Assembly (NCBI GenBank): GCA_937897815.1
Contig: CALCNF010000177.1
Location: 1-45,100, forward strand
DNA: 45,100 nt
Source: an uncultured Pseudomonadota bacterium
GTDB taxonomy: Bacteria > Myxococcota_A > UBA9042 > PHBI01 > CALCNF01
Direction: 5' to 3'
Shown here one piece after another: positions 8,738-17,654 of this stretch (the stretch's first letter is position 1; every line of letters begins with the position of its first letter). The notes beneath the pieces were generated by a model. The model made no database searches. It worked only from the letters and a program-made list of their open reading frames with translations, and was not told the DNA's origin. The position numbers and the translations under genes are program-made.

Positions 8738-10127
8738 ACTTCTCGAGCTTGTAGCGGATCGAGCGGAAGCTGATCTTGAGCAGACGCGCCGCCTCGGTGC
8801 GGTTTCCGTCGGTGTGGTTCAGCGCCTGCATGAGCAGATCTCGCTCCAGATCCGCGAGGGCGGCCTCCAGATCGAGGCCCTCGTCCGGCAGCTCAATATG
8901 GGCAGAAACTCCGTCAGCCCGCGCGACGCCCAGGAGCGCCGGCGGGAGACTCGTTCGGGTCACCAGCGGGTGGGTCTCGAAGGTCACGGCGCGCTCGATA
9001 ACGTTCTCCAACTCACGAACGTTACCCGGGTAGTCATAGGCCAGGATCGCCTCCATGGCCGTGGGTTCGAAGTCCGTGATCTCCTTGCCCATCTCGTCCG
9101 AGAAGCGCTTGAGGAAGCTCTGGGCGATGGGCGCGATATCGGAGCGCCGCTCCCGCAGGGACGGCACCTCGATGTGAATCACGTTGAGCCGGTAATACAG
9201 ATCCTCACGGAAGGTCCCCTGTCGAATCGCGCTATCGAGATCCTGGTTCGTCGCGGCGATGACGCGCACGTTCACCGGGCGCTCCTCATGGGAGCCCACA
9301 GGGCGGACGAGCCGCTCCTGGAGGACCCGCAGAAGCTTCACCTGCAGGTGCATCGGGACGTCACCGATCTCATCGAGGAAGATCGTCCCCTGGTCCGCGG
9401 CGGCGAACATACCCAGCTTATCGGCGTGAGCTCCTGTGAAGGCCCCCTTCACGTGTCCAAAGAGCTCCGACTCCAGGAGATGCTCTGGAATGGCCCCGCA
9501 GTTCACGGTCACGAGAGGCGACTCCTTGCGCTCGCTCGCCGAGTGCAGGGCGCGCGCGATGAGGCTCTTACCCGTGCCGCTCTCTCCTGTGATGAGGACG
9601 CTCGTGCGGGTCTGCGCGACGCGAGAGATCAGGTCGAACACCTGCTGCATCCGGGGGCTACGACCGATCAGGTTGTGGTAGCTGTGCTGACGCCTGACCT
9701 GCGCGCGGAGCTCTCGGTTCTCCACCAGCAGGCGCCGCTGCTCGAGCCCCTTGGAGACCACGACCGCGATCTCATCGACGTTGAAGGGCTTCTGGACGTA
9801 GTCGTAAGCGCCCCGCTTCATGGCCTCGATCGCCGTCTCTGCTGAGGCGTAGGCCGTCATCATCAGGACCTGGGTGTCCGGAAAGCTGCCCTTGACGCTG
9901 TCGAGCACCCCCATACCATCCACGTCGGGCATCTTCAGGTCTGTGAGGACGAGATCAAACTCCTCCCCGGCCTCGATCAGGGCGACGGCCTCGACGCCGC
10001 CGTCGGCCACGTGGACCTCATGCCCAGCTTTTCGGAGGAAGATCTCCAAGAACTCTCGGAGACTCTGCTCATCATCAACGACCAGAATTCGGGATGGCTG
10101 CGACATGGAGCCCGATGTTCGCCCCAT
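8703..10127 (-). CDS. pilR: Sigma-54-dependent two-component response regulator (NtrC family, PilR-like)
   Basis: REC domain (ILVVDDEQS...DLVLTDLKMPDVDG), AAA+ domain with GESGTGKS and the GAFTGA loop, and a C-terminal Fis-type HTH (NRTEAARLLKISFRSIRYKL). Lies next to a PilS-like kinase and pilBTC. The start is ATG 10127 or ATG 10106. Confidence 0.85.
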   Translation of the reverse strand: MGRTSGSMSQPSRILVVDDEQSLREFLEIFLRKAGHEVHVADGGVEAVALIEAGEEFDLVLTDLKMPDVDGMGVLDSVKGSFPDTQVLMMTAYASAETAIEAMKRGAYDYVQKPFNVDEIAVVVSKGLEQRRLLVENRELRAQVRRQHSYHNLIGRSPRMQQVFDLISRVAQTRTSVLITGESGTGKSLIARALHSASERKESPLVTVNCGAIPEHLLESELFGHVKGAFTGAHADKLGMFAAADQGTIFLDEIGDVPMHLQVKLLRVLQERLVRPVGSHEERPVNVRVIAATNQDLDSAIRQGTFREDLYYRLNVIHIEVPSLRERRSDIAPIAQSFLKRFSDEMGKEITDFEPTAMEAILAYDYPGNVRELENVIERAVTFETHPLVTRTSLPPALLGVARADGVSAHIELPDEGLDLEAALADLERDLLMQALNHTDGNRTEAARLLKISFRSIRYKLEKYELGADPRDED

Positions 10128-10144
10128 AGGGGCGAGGAATCAAG

Positions 10145-11842
10145 TCAGGCCGCTTGATGAACCGGGAGGTCCACCAGAAAGGTCGTCCCGTTTGATCCGG
10201 TGTCCACGCTCACGGTGCCCCCGTGCTCGCTCACGATCCGGTAGACCGTAGCGAGCCCCAGCCCCGTTCCGCTCGCTTTGGTGGTGAAGAAGGGCTCGAA
10301 GAGACGCTCGAGCACGTCGTCCGGGATCCCGGGACCCGTGTCGTGGAAAGCGACACGATTGAACACGCCCTTGTCCTCCCGACGCTCGCTGATCTCGATC
10401 GTCAGGGTGCCCTCTCCGTTCATGGCCTGCACCGCGTTGTTGATCACGTTCCAGACGACCTGCTTGAGATAGGTTGGATCTCCGTAGGTGCTGGCATCGC
10501 TCGACGGGTTGAACACGACCTCGATCCCGGCTGACCTCTCGTCGTTGGCCAGGACGGCCAGGGAGTCCGAGATCAGAGGCGCGATGGGGATGGAGAGCCG
10601 CTCTCCGACCCGAGGACGCGCGTACATCAAGAAGTCGGTGATCCACGCGTTGAGGTTGTCCGTCTCGCGGTTCACGATCTCCATCAACCGGCGGTCGTCC
10701 TCCTCCAGATCCAGGGTCGAGCGGAGGAGCTGAATGGAGCCGGAGATCGAGGCCAGCGGGTTCCGAATCTCGTGGGCGATGGCGGCGGCGACGCGACCCA
10801 GAGAGGCGAAGTTCTCCGCGCGCTTCATCTGCTCCTCCATGTTTCGAACGTCGGTCTCGTCATCGAAGATCAGGACGTGGCCGATACGAGAACCTCTGGA
10901 GTCGAGCAGGGGACTGATGGTCCACCGCACGTAGCAGAGCTTACCCCGAAAGACCTCGCTCGTGAGCTCGACCGTCTGCCCTCGGATCTTGTCCTCATTG
11001 AGGAAGATCTGCTTCAGATCCGAGAAGTAACGCGTGATGTCCTGGTAGAGAATCTCCCGCGATTGATAGCCGGTGATCCGCTCTGCCTCACGGTTGAAGA
11101 AGGTGACCTGCAACGACTGATTCACCGTGATCAGACCCGACTGGATCGAGGCGACGATGTTCCGGTGCAGAACCCTGAGGTCCTCCAGGGAGAGCTCACT
11201 CTCCTGGATCCGCTCATCGCTTCGGCGAAGCTGGTCGGCCAGGTAGCTCGCCAAAAAGGCGATGACATAAAAGGCGACGACGTTCACCACCAGGTTCTTG
11301 GCGATGGTCGTCAGGGACTGCTCCTCGGTGCCCACGGGGTCGAGGGGGCCCACGCCCGACAGACGCATGTCGGTCAAGAACGTGCTCTCGGGGATGATCC
11401 CCATCTCGGTCATCCCGATGACCAGAAGCAAGAGCGAGCTCAGGGTAGCCAGGGTGATGGCGCCGGCCCGAAACAGGATGATGGCGGCCAGGACGATCGT
11501 GAGCGAGAAGAAGAAGGTGAAGACGCTCGCGGTTCCGCCGGTGATGTAGACCAGCGCCGCGGCGAACAGGACGTCGCCGCACAGCTGAACGTACGCCAGG
11601 ACCACGAGCTGGCGGCGGCCAGCGACGAACCTCAGCGCCGTGACGTAGAACAGGCTGAGCAGACAGACGATGGCGACGAGTCGATAGATCGTGACCTCGG
11701 TCGCGACCGATGCGCTCGACTGAATCCGCGCCTGCCACTCGATGAGCGCCGTGGCTCCGAGCAGGACAGTCGCCAGCGCGATGCGAATGACCGTGAGCAT
11801 CCTGAGCCTGCGGCGCAGCTCCAGGAGGACAGGGGGCTCCAT
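10145..11842 (-). CDS. pilS: Sensor histidine kinase (PilS-like: polytopic N-terminus, PAS-like region, HisKA, HATPase_c)
   Basis: H-box AAAIAHEIRNPLASI; ATP-binding motifs NNAVQAM, DTGPGI, GTGLGLA; about six N-terminal TM segments. ATG at 11842 (MEPPVLLELRRRL) avoids the overlap with pilC that the 605-aa track ORF creates. Confidence 0.8.
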   Translation of the reverse strand: MEPPVLLELRRRLRMLTVIRIALATVLLGATALIEWQARIQSSASVATEVTIYRLVAIVCLLSLFYVTALRFVAGRRQLVVLAYVQLCGDVLFAAALVYITGGTASVFTFFFSLTIVLAAIILFRAGAITLATLSSLLLLVIGMTEMGIIPESTFLTDMRLSGVGPLDPVGTEEQSLTTIAKNLVVNVVAFYVIAFLASYLADQLRRSDERIQESELSLEDLRVLHRNIVASIQSGLITVNQSLQVTFFNREAERITGYQSREILYQDITRYFSDLKQIFLNEDKIRGQTVELTSEVFRGKLCYVRWTISPLLDSRGSRIGHVLIFDDETDVRNMEEQMKRAENFASLGRVAAAIAHEIRNPLASISGSIQLLRSTLDLEEDDRRLMEIVNRETDNLNAWITDFLMYARPRVGERLSIPIAPLISDSLAVLANDERSAGIEVVFNPSSDASTYGDPTYLKQVVWNVINNAVQAMNGEGTLTIEISERREDKGVFNRVAFHDTGPGIPDDVLERLFEPFFTTKASGTGLGLATVYRIVSEHGGTVSVDTGSNGTTFLVDLPVHQAA

Positions 11843-11891
11843 GGTCTTCGCTTGCTGGGGAGCTGCCGCCTCGTGTGACGGCTCTCGAACG

Positions 11892-13091
11892 CTAGGCAAA
11901 GGTGTCGCCCATCGCGAAGATCGGCATGTACATCGCGAGCATAACGGTGCCGATGATGCCACCGAGGACGACCATGATGATCGGCTCGATCATCGAGGTG
12001 AGGCCGTCGACGGCCGTATCGACCTCGTCATCATAGAAGTCTGCGATCTTACTTAACATAATGTCCATGGCGCCCGTGGACTCACCGACGCCGATCATCT
12101 GCACAACCATCTTCGGGAACACGCCCGCCTCGAGGAGCGGACCGGCGATGGATTTACCCTCTGAGATCTGGTCCTTCACGTAATAGACAGCGTCCTCAAT
12201 CACGCGATTACCCGCGGTCTTGGCGACGATGTCCAGGGCGTCGAGGATCGGAACGCCTGAGGAGATCAGGGTTCCCAGGGTACGGGTGAACTTGGCGATC
12301 GACGCCTTCGTCACCAGGTCTCCCATCACGGGTAAGCGCAGCAAGACCCAGTCGATCGCGTACTCGCCCTTGTCCGTGCGTTTGATGAGAAAGAACACGA
12401 TCATGACCACGCTGAAGATGCCGACGATCGACCAGAAGTTGTTCACCGCGTAATCGGAGAACGCCACGACGGTGACGGTCAGCGCAGGCAGGTCCTTACC
12501 CATGGATTTGAACATGCCCGCGAACTGCGGGATCACCTTCACCAGAAGGAACATGGTGATGATGCCCGACACGAAGATAACCGTGATCGGGTACTTCATG
12601 GCCGACTTGACCTTCGCCTTGAGCTTAGCCGCCTTCTCCATGTAGGCGCTCAAGCGGTTGAGGATGGTGTCGAGAATACCGCCCATCTCACCGGCGCTGA
12701 TCAGGTTTGTGAAGAGGTTATCGAACACGGCCGGATGCTTGCCCAGCGCGCCCGCGAACGTCGAGCCGCTCTCGACCGACTGCTTCACCTGCAGGATGGT
12801 CATCTGGAAGAGCGGGTTGGGCTCCTGGCTGCCCAGGATCTCCAGGCACTTCACCAGGGGCAGGCCCGCGTCGATCATGGTCGCGAGCTGACGCGTAAAG
12901 ACCACCATGGACTTGTTGGGCACCTTGGTGATGCCCGGGATGATGATCGCGCCGCCACCCTTCTTCCAGACCTTCTGGGGGGTGACTCCCATCTCACGAA
13001 GCTGATCTTCGCACGCCGCCTGAGAAGGCGCGTCGAGCACACCAGTGGCCATCTGCCCCTGGCGATCTGTTCCTTCGTATTCGAAAAGCAC
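11892..13091 (-). CDS. pilC: Type IV pilus inner-membrane platform protein PilC (GspF family)
   Basis: Duplicated T2SSF-type regions (FTRQLATMIDAGLPLVKCLEIL and FTRTLGTLISSGVPILDALDIV) and TM segments. The likely start is GTG at 13091, preceded by GGAGG plus an 8-nt spacer, giving (M)LFEYEGTDRQGQ. The track start at 13172 is a possible extension. Confidence 0.88.
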   Translation of the reverse strand: MLFEYEGTDRQGQMATGVLDAPSQAACEDQLREMGVTPQKVWKKGGGAIIIPGITKVPNKSMVVFTRQLATMIDAGLPLVKCLEILGSQEPNPLFQMTILQVKQSVESGSTFAGALGKHPAVFDNLFTNLISAGEMGGILDTILNRLSAYMEKAAKLKAKVKSAMKYPITVIFVSGIITMFLLVKVIPQFAGMFKSMGKDLPALTVTVVAFSDYAVNNFWSIVGIFSVVMIVFFLIKRTDKGEYAIDWVLLRLPVMGDLVTKASIAKFTRTLGTLISSGVPILDALDIVAKTAGNRVIEDAVYYVKDQISEGKSIAGPLLEAGVFPKMVVQMIGVGESTGAMDIMLSKIADFYDDEVDTAVDGLTSMIEPIIMVVLGGIIGTVMLAMYMPIFAMGDTFA

Positions 13092-13246
13092 CCAGCTCAC
13101 CTCCGCCGCGTAGCAGTCTACCGCATCCTCGCGTGCGCGGGAAATCTCAGCCAACCTGGACCGACCCGCCAAAGATCAACGGGAGGATCCCCCTCGACCT
13201 GAAGTCCGGGGATCAAACGGCGGCGAGAGCCTCCACTTCGCGAGGG

Positions 13247-14374
13247 TCAGCGCCGCTTCGGGACCGACGTCGCGCTCGGGTTGAACATCGCGTTGAGCTC
13301 CTCGATATCGTGGGAGTACTGGAACGCGGTCTCCCGGCTGATCGTGTGGCTCTGAACGAGCCCAAAGAGGCTTTGGTTCATGGTCAGCATGCCGTGACCC
13401 CCCTGACCCATTTGCATCTGCGAGTAGATCTGGTGGGTCTTCTCTTCCCGGATGAGGTTTCGCACCGCGGCGTTGGGCAACATCACCTCACAGGCCAGGG
13501 CGCGACCCTTGCCGTCGGAGCGAACCAGCAGCTGCTGGCTGATGACGGCCTCCAGCACGAAGGACAGCTGGGTGCGCACCATCTCCTGGTGCTTCGGCGG
13601 GAAGAAGTCCAGGACCCTGTGAATGGTCTGGATCGCGCTGTTCGTGTGGAGGGTCGCGAACGCGAGATGGCCGGTCTCGGCGATGCGAAGCGCCGCCTCC
13701 ATGGTCTCATAGTCTCGGATCTCGCCGATCAGGACCACATCGGGATCCTGACGTAGGACGTACCGAAGAGCCTCCGAGAAGGTCGCCGTGTCCGTGCCGA
13801 TCTCGCGCTGATTCACGATGGACTTCTTGTGCTGATGCACGAACTCGATGGGATCTTCGATGGTGATGATGTGGTGCCGGTGCCGCGAGTTGATGGCGTC
13901 GATGATGCTCGCGAGCGTGGTCGACTTTCCCGATCCGGTCGCGCCGGTGACCAGGACCAGGCCCTGGGCTTTGTCGACAAGTCCAGACACAGACTTTGGA
14001 AAACCGAGTCCAGCGAGAGGCCGGGTCTCAAAAGGGATCATGCGAAGGGCACCGGCCATCTGCCCTCGCTGACGAAAGAAGTTCGCGCGGAAGCGACTCG
14101 CGCCCTTCCACTGGAAGGAGAGATCAACCTCGTTGGTCTCCTCGAACTGCTTCTTCTGGCGCTCATTGAGCACGCTGTACGCGATGGACTCCACATCAGC
14201 GCCCGACAGGGGCGGGGTTCGCAAAGGAAACAGGGAACCGTTGATCCGGAGCTGCGGCGGAGACTCCGCCGTCAGGTGAAGATCACTGGCGCCCTGCTCC
14301 ACCATGGTCTGGAGCAAGCGATGGACGTCCACTGTGGGCTTCGTCTTCTCAGCGCTCGCGCCAGAATCATGCAT
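13247..14374 (-). CDS. pilT: Type IV pilus retraction ATPase PilT
   Basis: Walker A GATGSGKST and the PilT signature AVRNLIRE. ATG at 14374 (MHDSGASAEK...) overlaps the pilB stop as ATGCATGA. The 429-aa track ORF is an Arg/Ser-rich extension running through pilB. Confidence 0.92.
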   Translation of the reverse strand: MHDSGASAEKTKPTVDVHRLLQTMVEQGASDLHLTAESPPQLRINGSLFPLRTPPLSGADVESIAYSVLNERQKKQFEETNEVDLSFQWKGASRFRANFFRQRGQMAGALRMIPFETRPLAGLGFPKSVSGLVDKAQGLVLVTGATGSGKSTTLASIIDAINSRHRHHIITIEDPIEFVHQHKKSIVNQREIGTDTATFSEALRYVLRQDPDVVLIGEIRDYETMEAALRIAETGHLAFATLHTNSAIQTIHRVLDFFPPKHQEMVRTQLSFVLEAVISQQLLVRSDGKGRALACEVMLPNAAVRNLIREEKTHQIYSQMQMGQGGHGMLTMNQSLFGLVQSHTISRETAFQYSHDIEELNAMFNPSATSVPKRR

Positions 14375-16097
14375 TGTCGGCACGGGTGGTGCGCAGGATC
14401 TCCGAGACCGTGGTGGTGCCGTCCATGAGCTTGTGAATCGCAGACTGTCGAAGGGTCTGCATACCAAGCGCGATCGCCTCCTTCTTGAGCTCCATCGCCG
14501 AATAACCCTGAAGCACGGCCTCTTTGATGCCGTCATTCATGGCCATCACCTCATAGAGAGCGACGCGACCCTTGAAGCCCGTTTCATTGCAGGTCTTGCA
14601 TCCCTTGCCCATGGTCGGTTTGCAGTCAGCGATCTGCTCATCGGACATGCCGATGTCCTTCATGGTCTTCTCTTCAAGCTCAATGGGCTCTTTGCACTCG
14701 CCACAGATTCGACGAGCGAGACGCTGCGCGACGATCGCGTTCAGAGATGAGGTGACGAGGAACGGCTCGACGCCCATGTTCAACAGACGGTTGATGGTCG
14801 AAGGCGCGTCATTCGTGTGCAAGGTGGAGAGCACGAGGTGACCCGTGAGCGCCGCTTTAATCGCGATCTCGGCCGTCTCAAAGTCACGAATCTCGCCCAC
14901 CATGATGATGTCCGGGTCCTGACGCAGAAACGAGCGAAGGGCCGCCGCGAAGTTCAAGCCGATCGAGTCACGCATCTGGCACTGATTGATGCCGGCCATG
15001 TTGAACTCAACCGGGTCCTCTGCGGTGGAGATGTTCTCCGTGACCTTGTTGAGATCCTGCAGCGCTGAGTAGAGCGTCGTGGTCTTTCCAGACCCCGTCG
15101 GTCCCGTCACCAACACCATGCCAAACGGCTGGTGAATGTTGGTAAGGAACGTCTCGAGCTGCGGCGTCTCGAAGCCGAGCTTGGTCATGTCGAGCTGAAG
15201 GTTCGACTTATCAAGAATTCGAAGAACGGACTTCTCGCCAAAGAGCGTGGGCAGGATGCTGACGCGGAAATCCACCTCCTTGTCCTTACCCATAACCAGC
15301 TTAATACGACCATCCTGAGGGAGCCTTCGCTCAGCGATGTCCAGCTCGCTCATAATCTTGATACGGCTTGTGATGGCGTTACGAAGGCGCATCGGCGGTC
15401 GCATGATCTCGTAGAGCACGCCATCGATGCGGTACCGAATTCGGAACTCCTTCTCGTAGGGCTCGATGTGGATATCGGAGGCCCCGCGCTTGATCGCGTC
15501 GACCAGCACGACGTTGCACAGACGGACGACGGGCGCCTCTCCGGCCTCGTCCTCGAGGTTGTCGAGATCGAGATCCGCGGCGCTCTCGCTCATGAAGTCG
15601 ACCTCGTCGACATCCACGTCGTCGAAGATCTCCTCTCCTGAACTCCCGCCGTAGTACCGCTCGAGAGCCGACTCGATGGAGGCCTCGCTGGTGACCACCG
15701 CCTCGACGTCAAATCCCGTGAGGAACTTGATGTCGTCCATGGCGTAGATGTTCGAGGGATCGGTCATCGCCACGACAATGGTGGAGCCGTGTTTGTCGAT
15801 CGGGATGATGCCGTGACGCTCCGCCACATCCTGGGGGATCATCTCAATGACGTCCTCTTCGACCTCCACCTCTTCGAGGTTGATCGAGGGCACGCCGTAC
15901 TGACGGCTCAGAAACTCAACCAGCTGAGTCTCTTTGACGTAGCCGAGTCGCGCCAGGGCGCCGGTGAGACCAGCGCCACCCTTGGCGGCTTCAGCCTTCG
16001 CCTCTTCCAGCTCGTCCTCGCTGACCATGTCATTGCGGACCAGGACATCACCGAGGTTTCCCCCGCCCTGTCCTCCAGCACCATCTTCGTCTGCCAT
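14367..16097 (-). CDS. pilB: Type IV pilus assembly ATPase PilB (GspE family)
   Basis: N-terminal T2SSE_N-like domain, Walker A GPTGSGKTT, and the tetracysteine motif CGEC...CKTC. ATG at 16097 is preceded by AGGAGG. The track start at 16232 is a TTG inside a promoter-like TTGACA. Confidence 0.92.
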   Translation of the reverse strand: MADEDGAGGQGGGNLGDVLVRNDMVSEDELEEAKAEAAKGGAGLTGALARLGYVKETQLVEFLSRQYGVPSINLEEVEVEEDVIEMIPQDVAERHGIIPIDKHGSTIVVAMTDPSNIYAMDDIKFLTGFDVEAVVTSEASIESALERYYGGSSGEEIFDDVDVDEVDFMSESAADLDLDNLEDEAGEAPVVRLCNVVLVDAIKRGASDIHIEPYEKEFRIRYRIDGVLYEIMRPPMRLRNAITSRIKIMSELDIAERRLPQDGRIKLVMGKDKEVDFRVSILPTLFGEKSVLRILDKSNLQLDMTKLGFETPQLETFLTNIHQPFGMVLVTGPTGSGKTTTLYSALQDLNKVTENISTAEDPVEFNMAGINQCQMRDSIGLNFAAALRSFLRQDPDIIMVGEIRDFETAEIAIKAALTGHLVLSTLHTNDAPSTINRLLNMGVEPFLVTSSLNAIVAQRLARRICGECKEPIELEEKTMKDIGMSDEQIADCKPTMGKGCKTCNETGFKGRVALYEVMAMNDGIKEAVLQGYSAMELKKEAIALGMQTLRQSAIHKLMDGTTTVSEILRTTRADNA

Positions 16098-16202
16098 GAC
16101 CCCTCCTGGAACCACCCGCGACAAGAGTCCGGGTCGAGCCGAGATCTTGATTCCCATGCGGCCAGGACCCAACTCCTGACGACACGGGGTATTGAAGCCG
16201 GG

Positions 16203-16232
16203 ATCGTAGCCGCGCGCAGGATGGACTGTCAA
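16203..16232 (-). promoter_or_regulatory. Candidate sigma-70-type promoter for pilB
   Basis: The minus strand reads TTGACA, an 18-nt spacer, then TACGAT, about 105 nt upstream of the pilB ATG. Sequence match only. Confidence 0.35.
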
Positions 16233-16258
16233 CTGACCGCAGGCTGGAGATGCACCGA

Positions 16259-16276
16259 GAAAAGCAGCGGCTTTTC
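16259..16276 (-). terminator. Possible hairpin terminator after trmFO
   Basis: GAAAAGC-(4 nt)-GCTTTTC, a 7-bp stem about 40 nt downstream of the trmFO stop. The T-run lies inside the stem rather than after it, so this is weak. Confidence 0.25.
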
Positions 16277-16316
16277 AGTAGGTTGCACGGGTGACCCCCG
16301 AGACCAAGCGTGGAGT

Positions 16317-17654
16317 CTACGGGGAAGCGAGCACCTCAAGGGGCCATCGTTCGAGCCACGCTGCGAGATGATCACGAGCCCGTTCACCATAGGCGGCCTT
16401 CCGCTCACGCTTGCGGAGCTTCAGGCCCAGAGGCGGGAAGAGGCCAAAATGGATGTTGTGGGGCTGATAGTCTTTCCCACCGGGGCCGTGAACGTGGCTC
16501 ATCATGGCGCCGAGCGCCGTCTCCGGTGGAGGTGACGCCAGAGAGGACCCCTGCAGCTCGGCGGCGAGATACAGGGACGTCAGGAGCCCGGAGGCGGTGG
16601 ATTCGACGTAGCCCTCCACGCCGGTGATCTGACCCGCGAAGCGGATTCGGGGATCGGAGCGAAGGCGGTTGTTCGCGTCGAGGAGGCTCGGCGAGTGAAT
16701 GAAGGTGTTTCGGTGAATGGAGCCCATCCGCAGGAAGCTGACGGACTCCAGCCCGGGCACCAAGCGGAACACTCGGAGCTGCTCCGGATACTTGAGCTTG
16801 GTCTGGAAGCCTACGAGGTTCCACGCCGTACCCGCGACGTTCTCCCGCCTGAGCTGAACGACGGCGTAGGGGTCCTTCCCTGTCCGAGGGTTAGGCAGGC
16901 CCACGGGCTTCATCGGTCCGTAACGCAGGGTGTCGACGCCCCGCTCGGCCATGATCTCGATCGGCAGACACCCCTCGAAGTAGCGCGGCTTCTCAAACTC
17001 TCGGAGCGGGACCCGCTCCGCGGCGCACAGGGCGTCATAGAAGACCTGGTACTGCTCCCGGTCCATGGGACAGTTCAGATAATCGTCTCCATCTCCCTTT
17101 CCATAGCGGGAGGCCGCGTACACGATCTCCCGATCGATGGACTCATCTTCGACGATGGGCGCGATGGAGTCGTAGAAGTACAGGGAGCTCTCCCCGGTGA
17201 GGGCGCCGATGCGCTCCGCGAGCCGATCGCTGGTCAGGGGTCCGGTGGCGACGATCACAGGGCCGTCGTCGGGCAGCTCGGTGGCCTCCCCCTCGACCAG
17301 GGTGATCCCCGGCTGCGCCCGTATGGTCTCCGTCACAAGGGCAGCGAATCGATCCCGGTCCACGGCGAGGGCGTCGCCGGCGGGCACCCGGCACTGGGTC
17401 GCGGCCCATAGGATCAAGGAGCCGGCGGCGGCCATCTCCTCTTTCAGAAGACCGACCGCGTTCATGGTGTTCGAAGAACGAAAGCTGTTCGAGCACACCA
17501 GCTCAGCGAGCTGATCCGAGTTCTGAGCCGGGGTCCTTCGCTCGGGCTTCTGCTCCAGCAGGCGCACGGGGATGCCTCGCCTGGACAATTGCCAGGCGGC
17601 CTCGCAGCCGGCCAGGCCGGCGCCGATGATCGACACCGGCCGCGAGAGACTCAT
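16317..17654 (-). CDS. trmFO: Methylenetetrahydrofolate--tRNA-(uracil-5-)-methyltransferase TrmFO (Gid)
   Basis: FAD-binding N-terminus VSIIGAGLAGCEAAWQL, length near 445 aa, and family-typical segments (CSNSFRS, GQITGVEGYVES). ATGA overlap with the topA stop. Confidence 0.92.
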   Translation of the reverse strand: MSLSRPVSIIGAGLAGCEAAWQLSRRGIPVRLLEQKPERRTPAQNSDQLAELVCSNSFRSSNTMNAVGLLKEEMAAAGSLILWAATQCRVPAGDALAVDRDRFAALVTETIRAQPGITLVEGEATELPDDGPVIVATGPLTSDRLAERIGALTGESSLYFYDSIAPIVEDESIDREIVYAASRYGKGDGDDYLNCPMDREQYQVFYDALCAAERVPLREFEKPRYFEGCLPIEIMAERGVDTLRYGPMKPVGLPNPRTGKDPYAVVQLRRENVAGTAWNLVGFQTKLKYPEQLRVFRLVPGLESVSFLRMGSIHRNTFIHSPSLLDANNRLRSDPRIRFAGQITGVEGYVESTASGLLTSLYLAAELQGSSLASPPPETALGAMMSHVHGPGGKDYQPHNIHFGLFPPLGLKLRKRERKAAYGERARDHLAAWLERWPLEVLASP

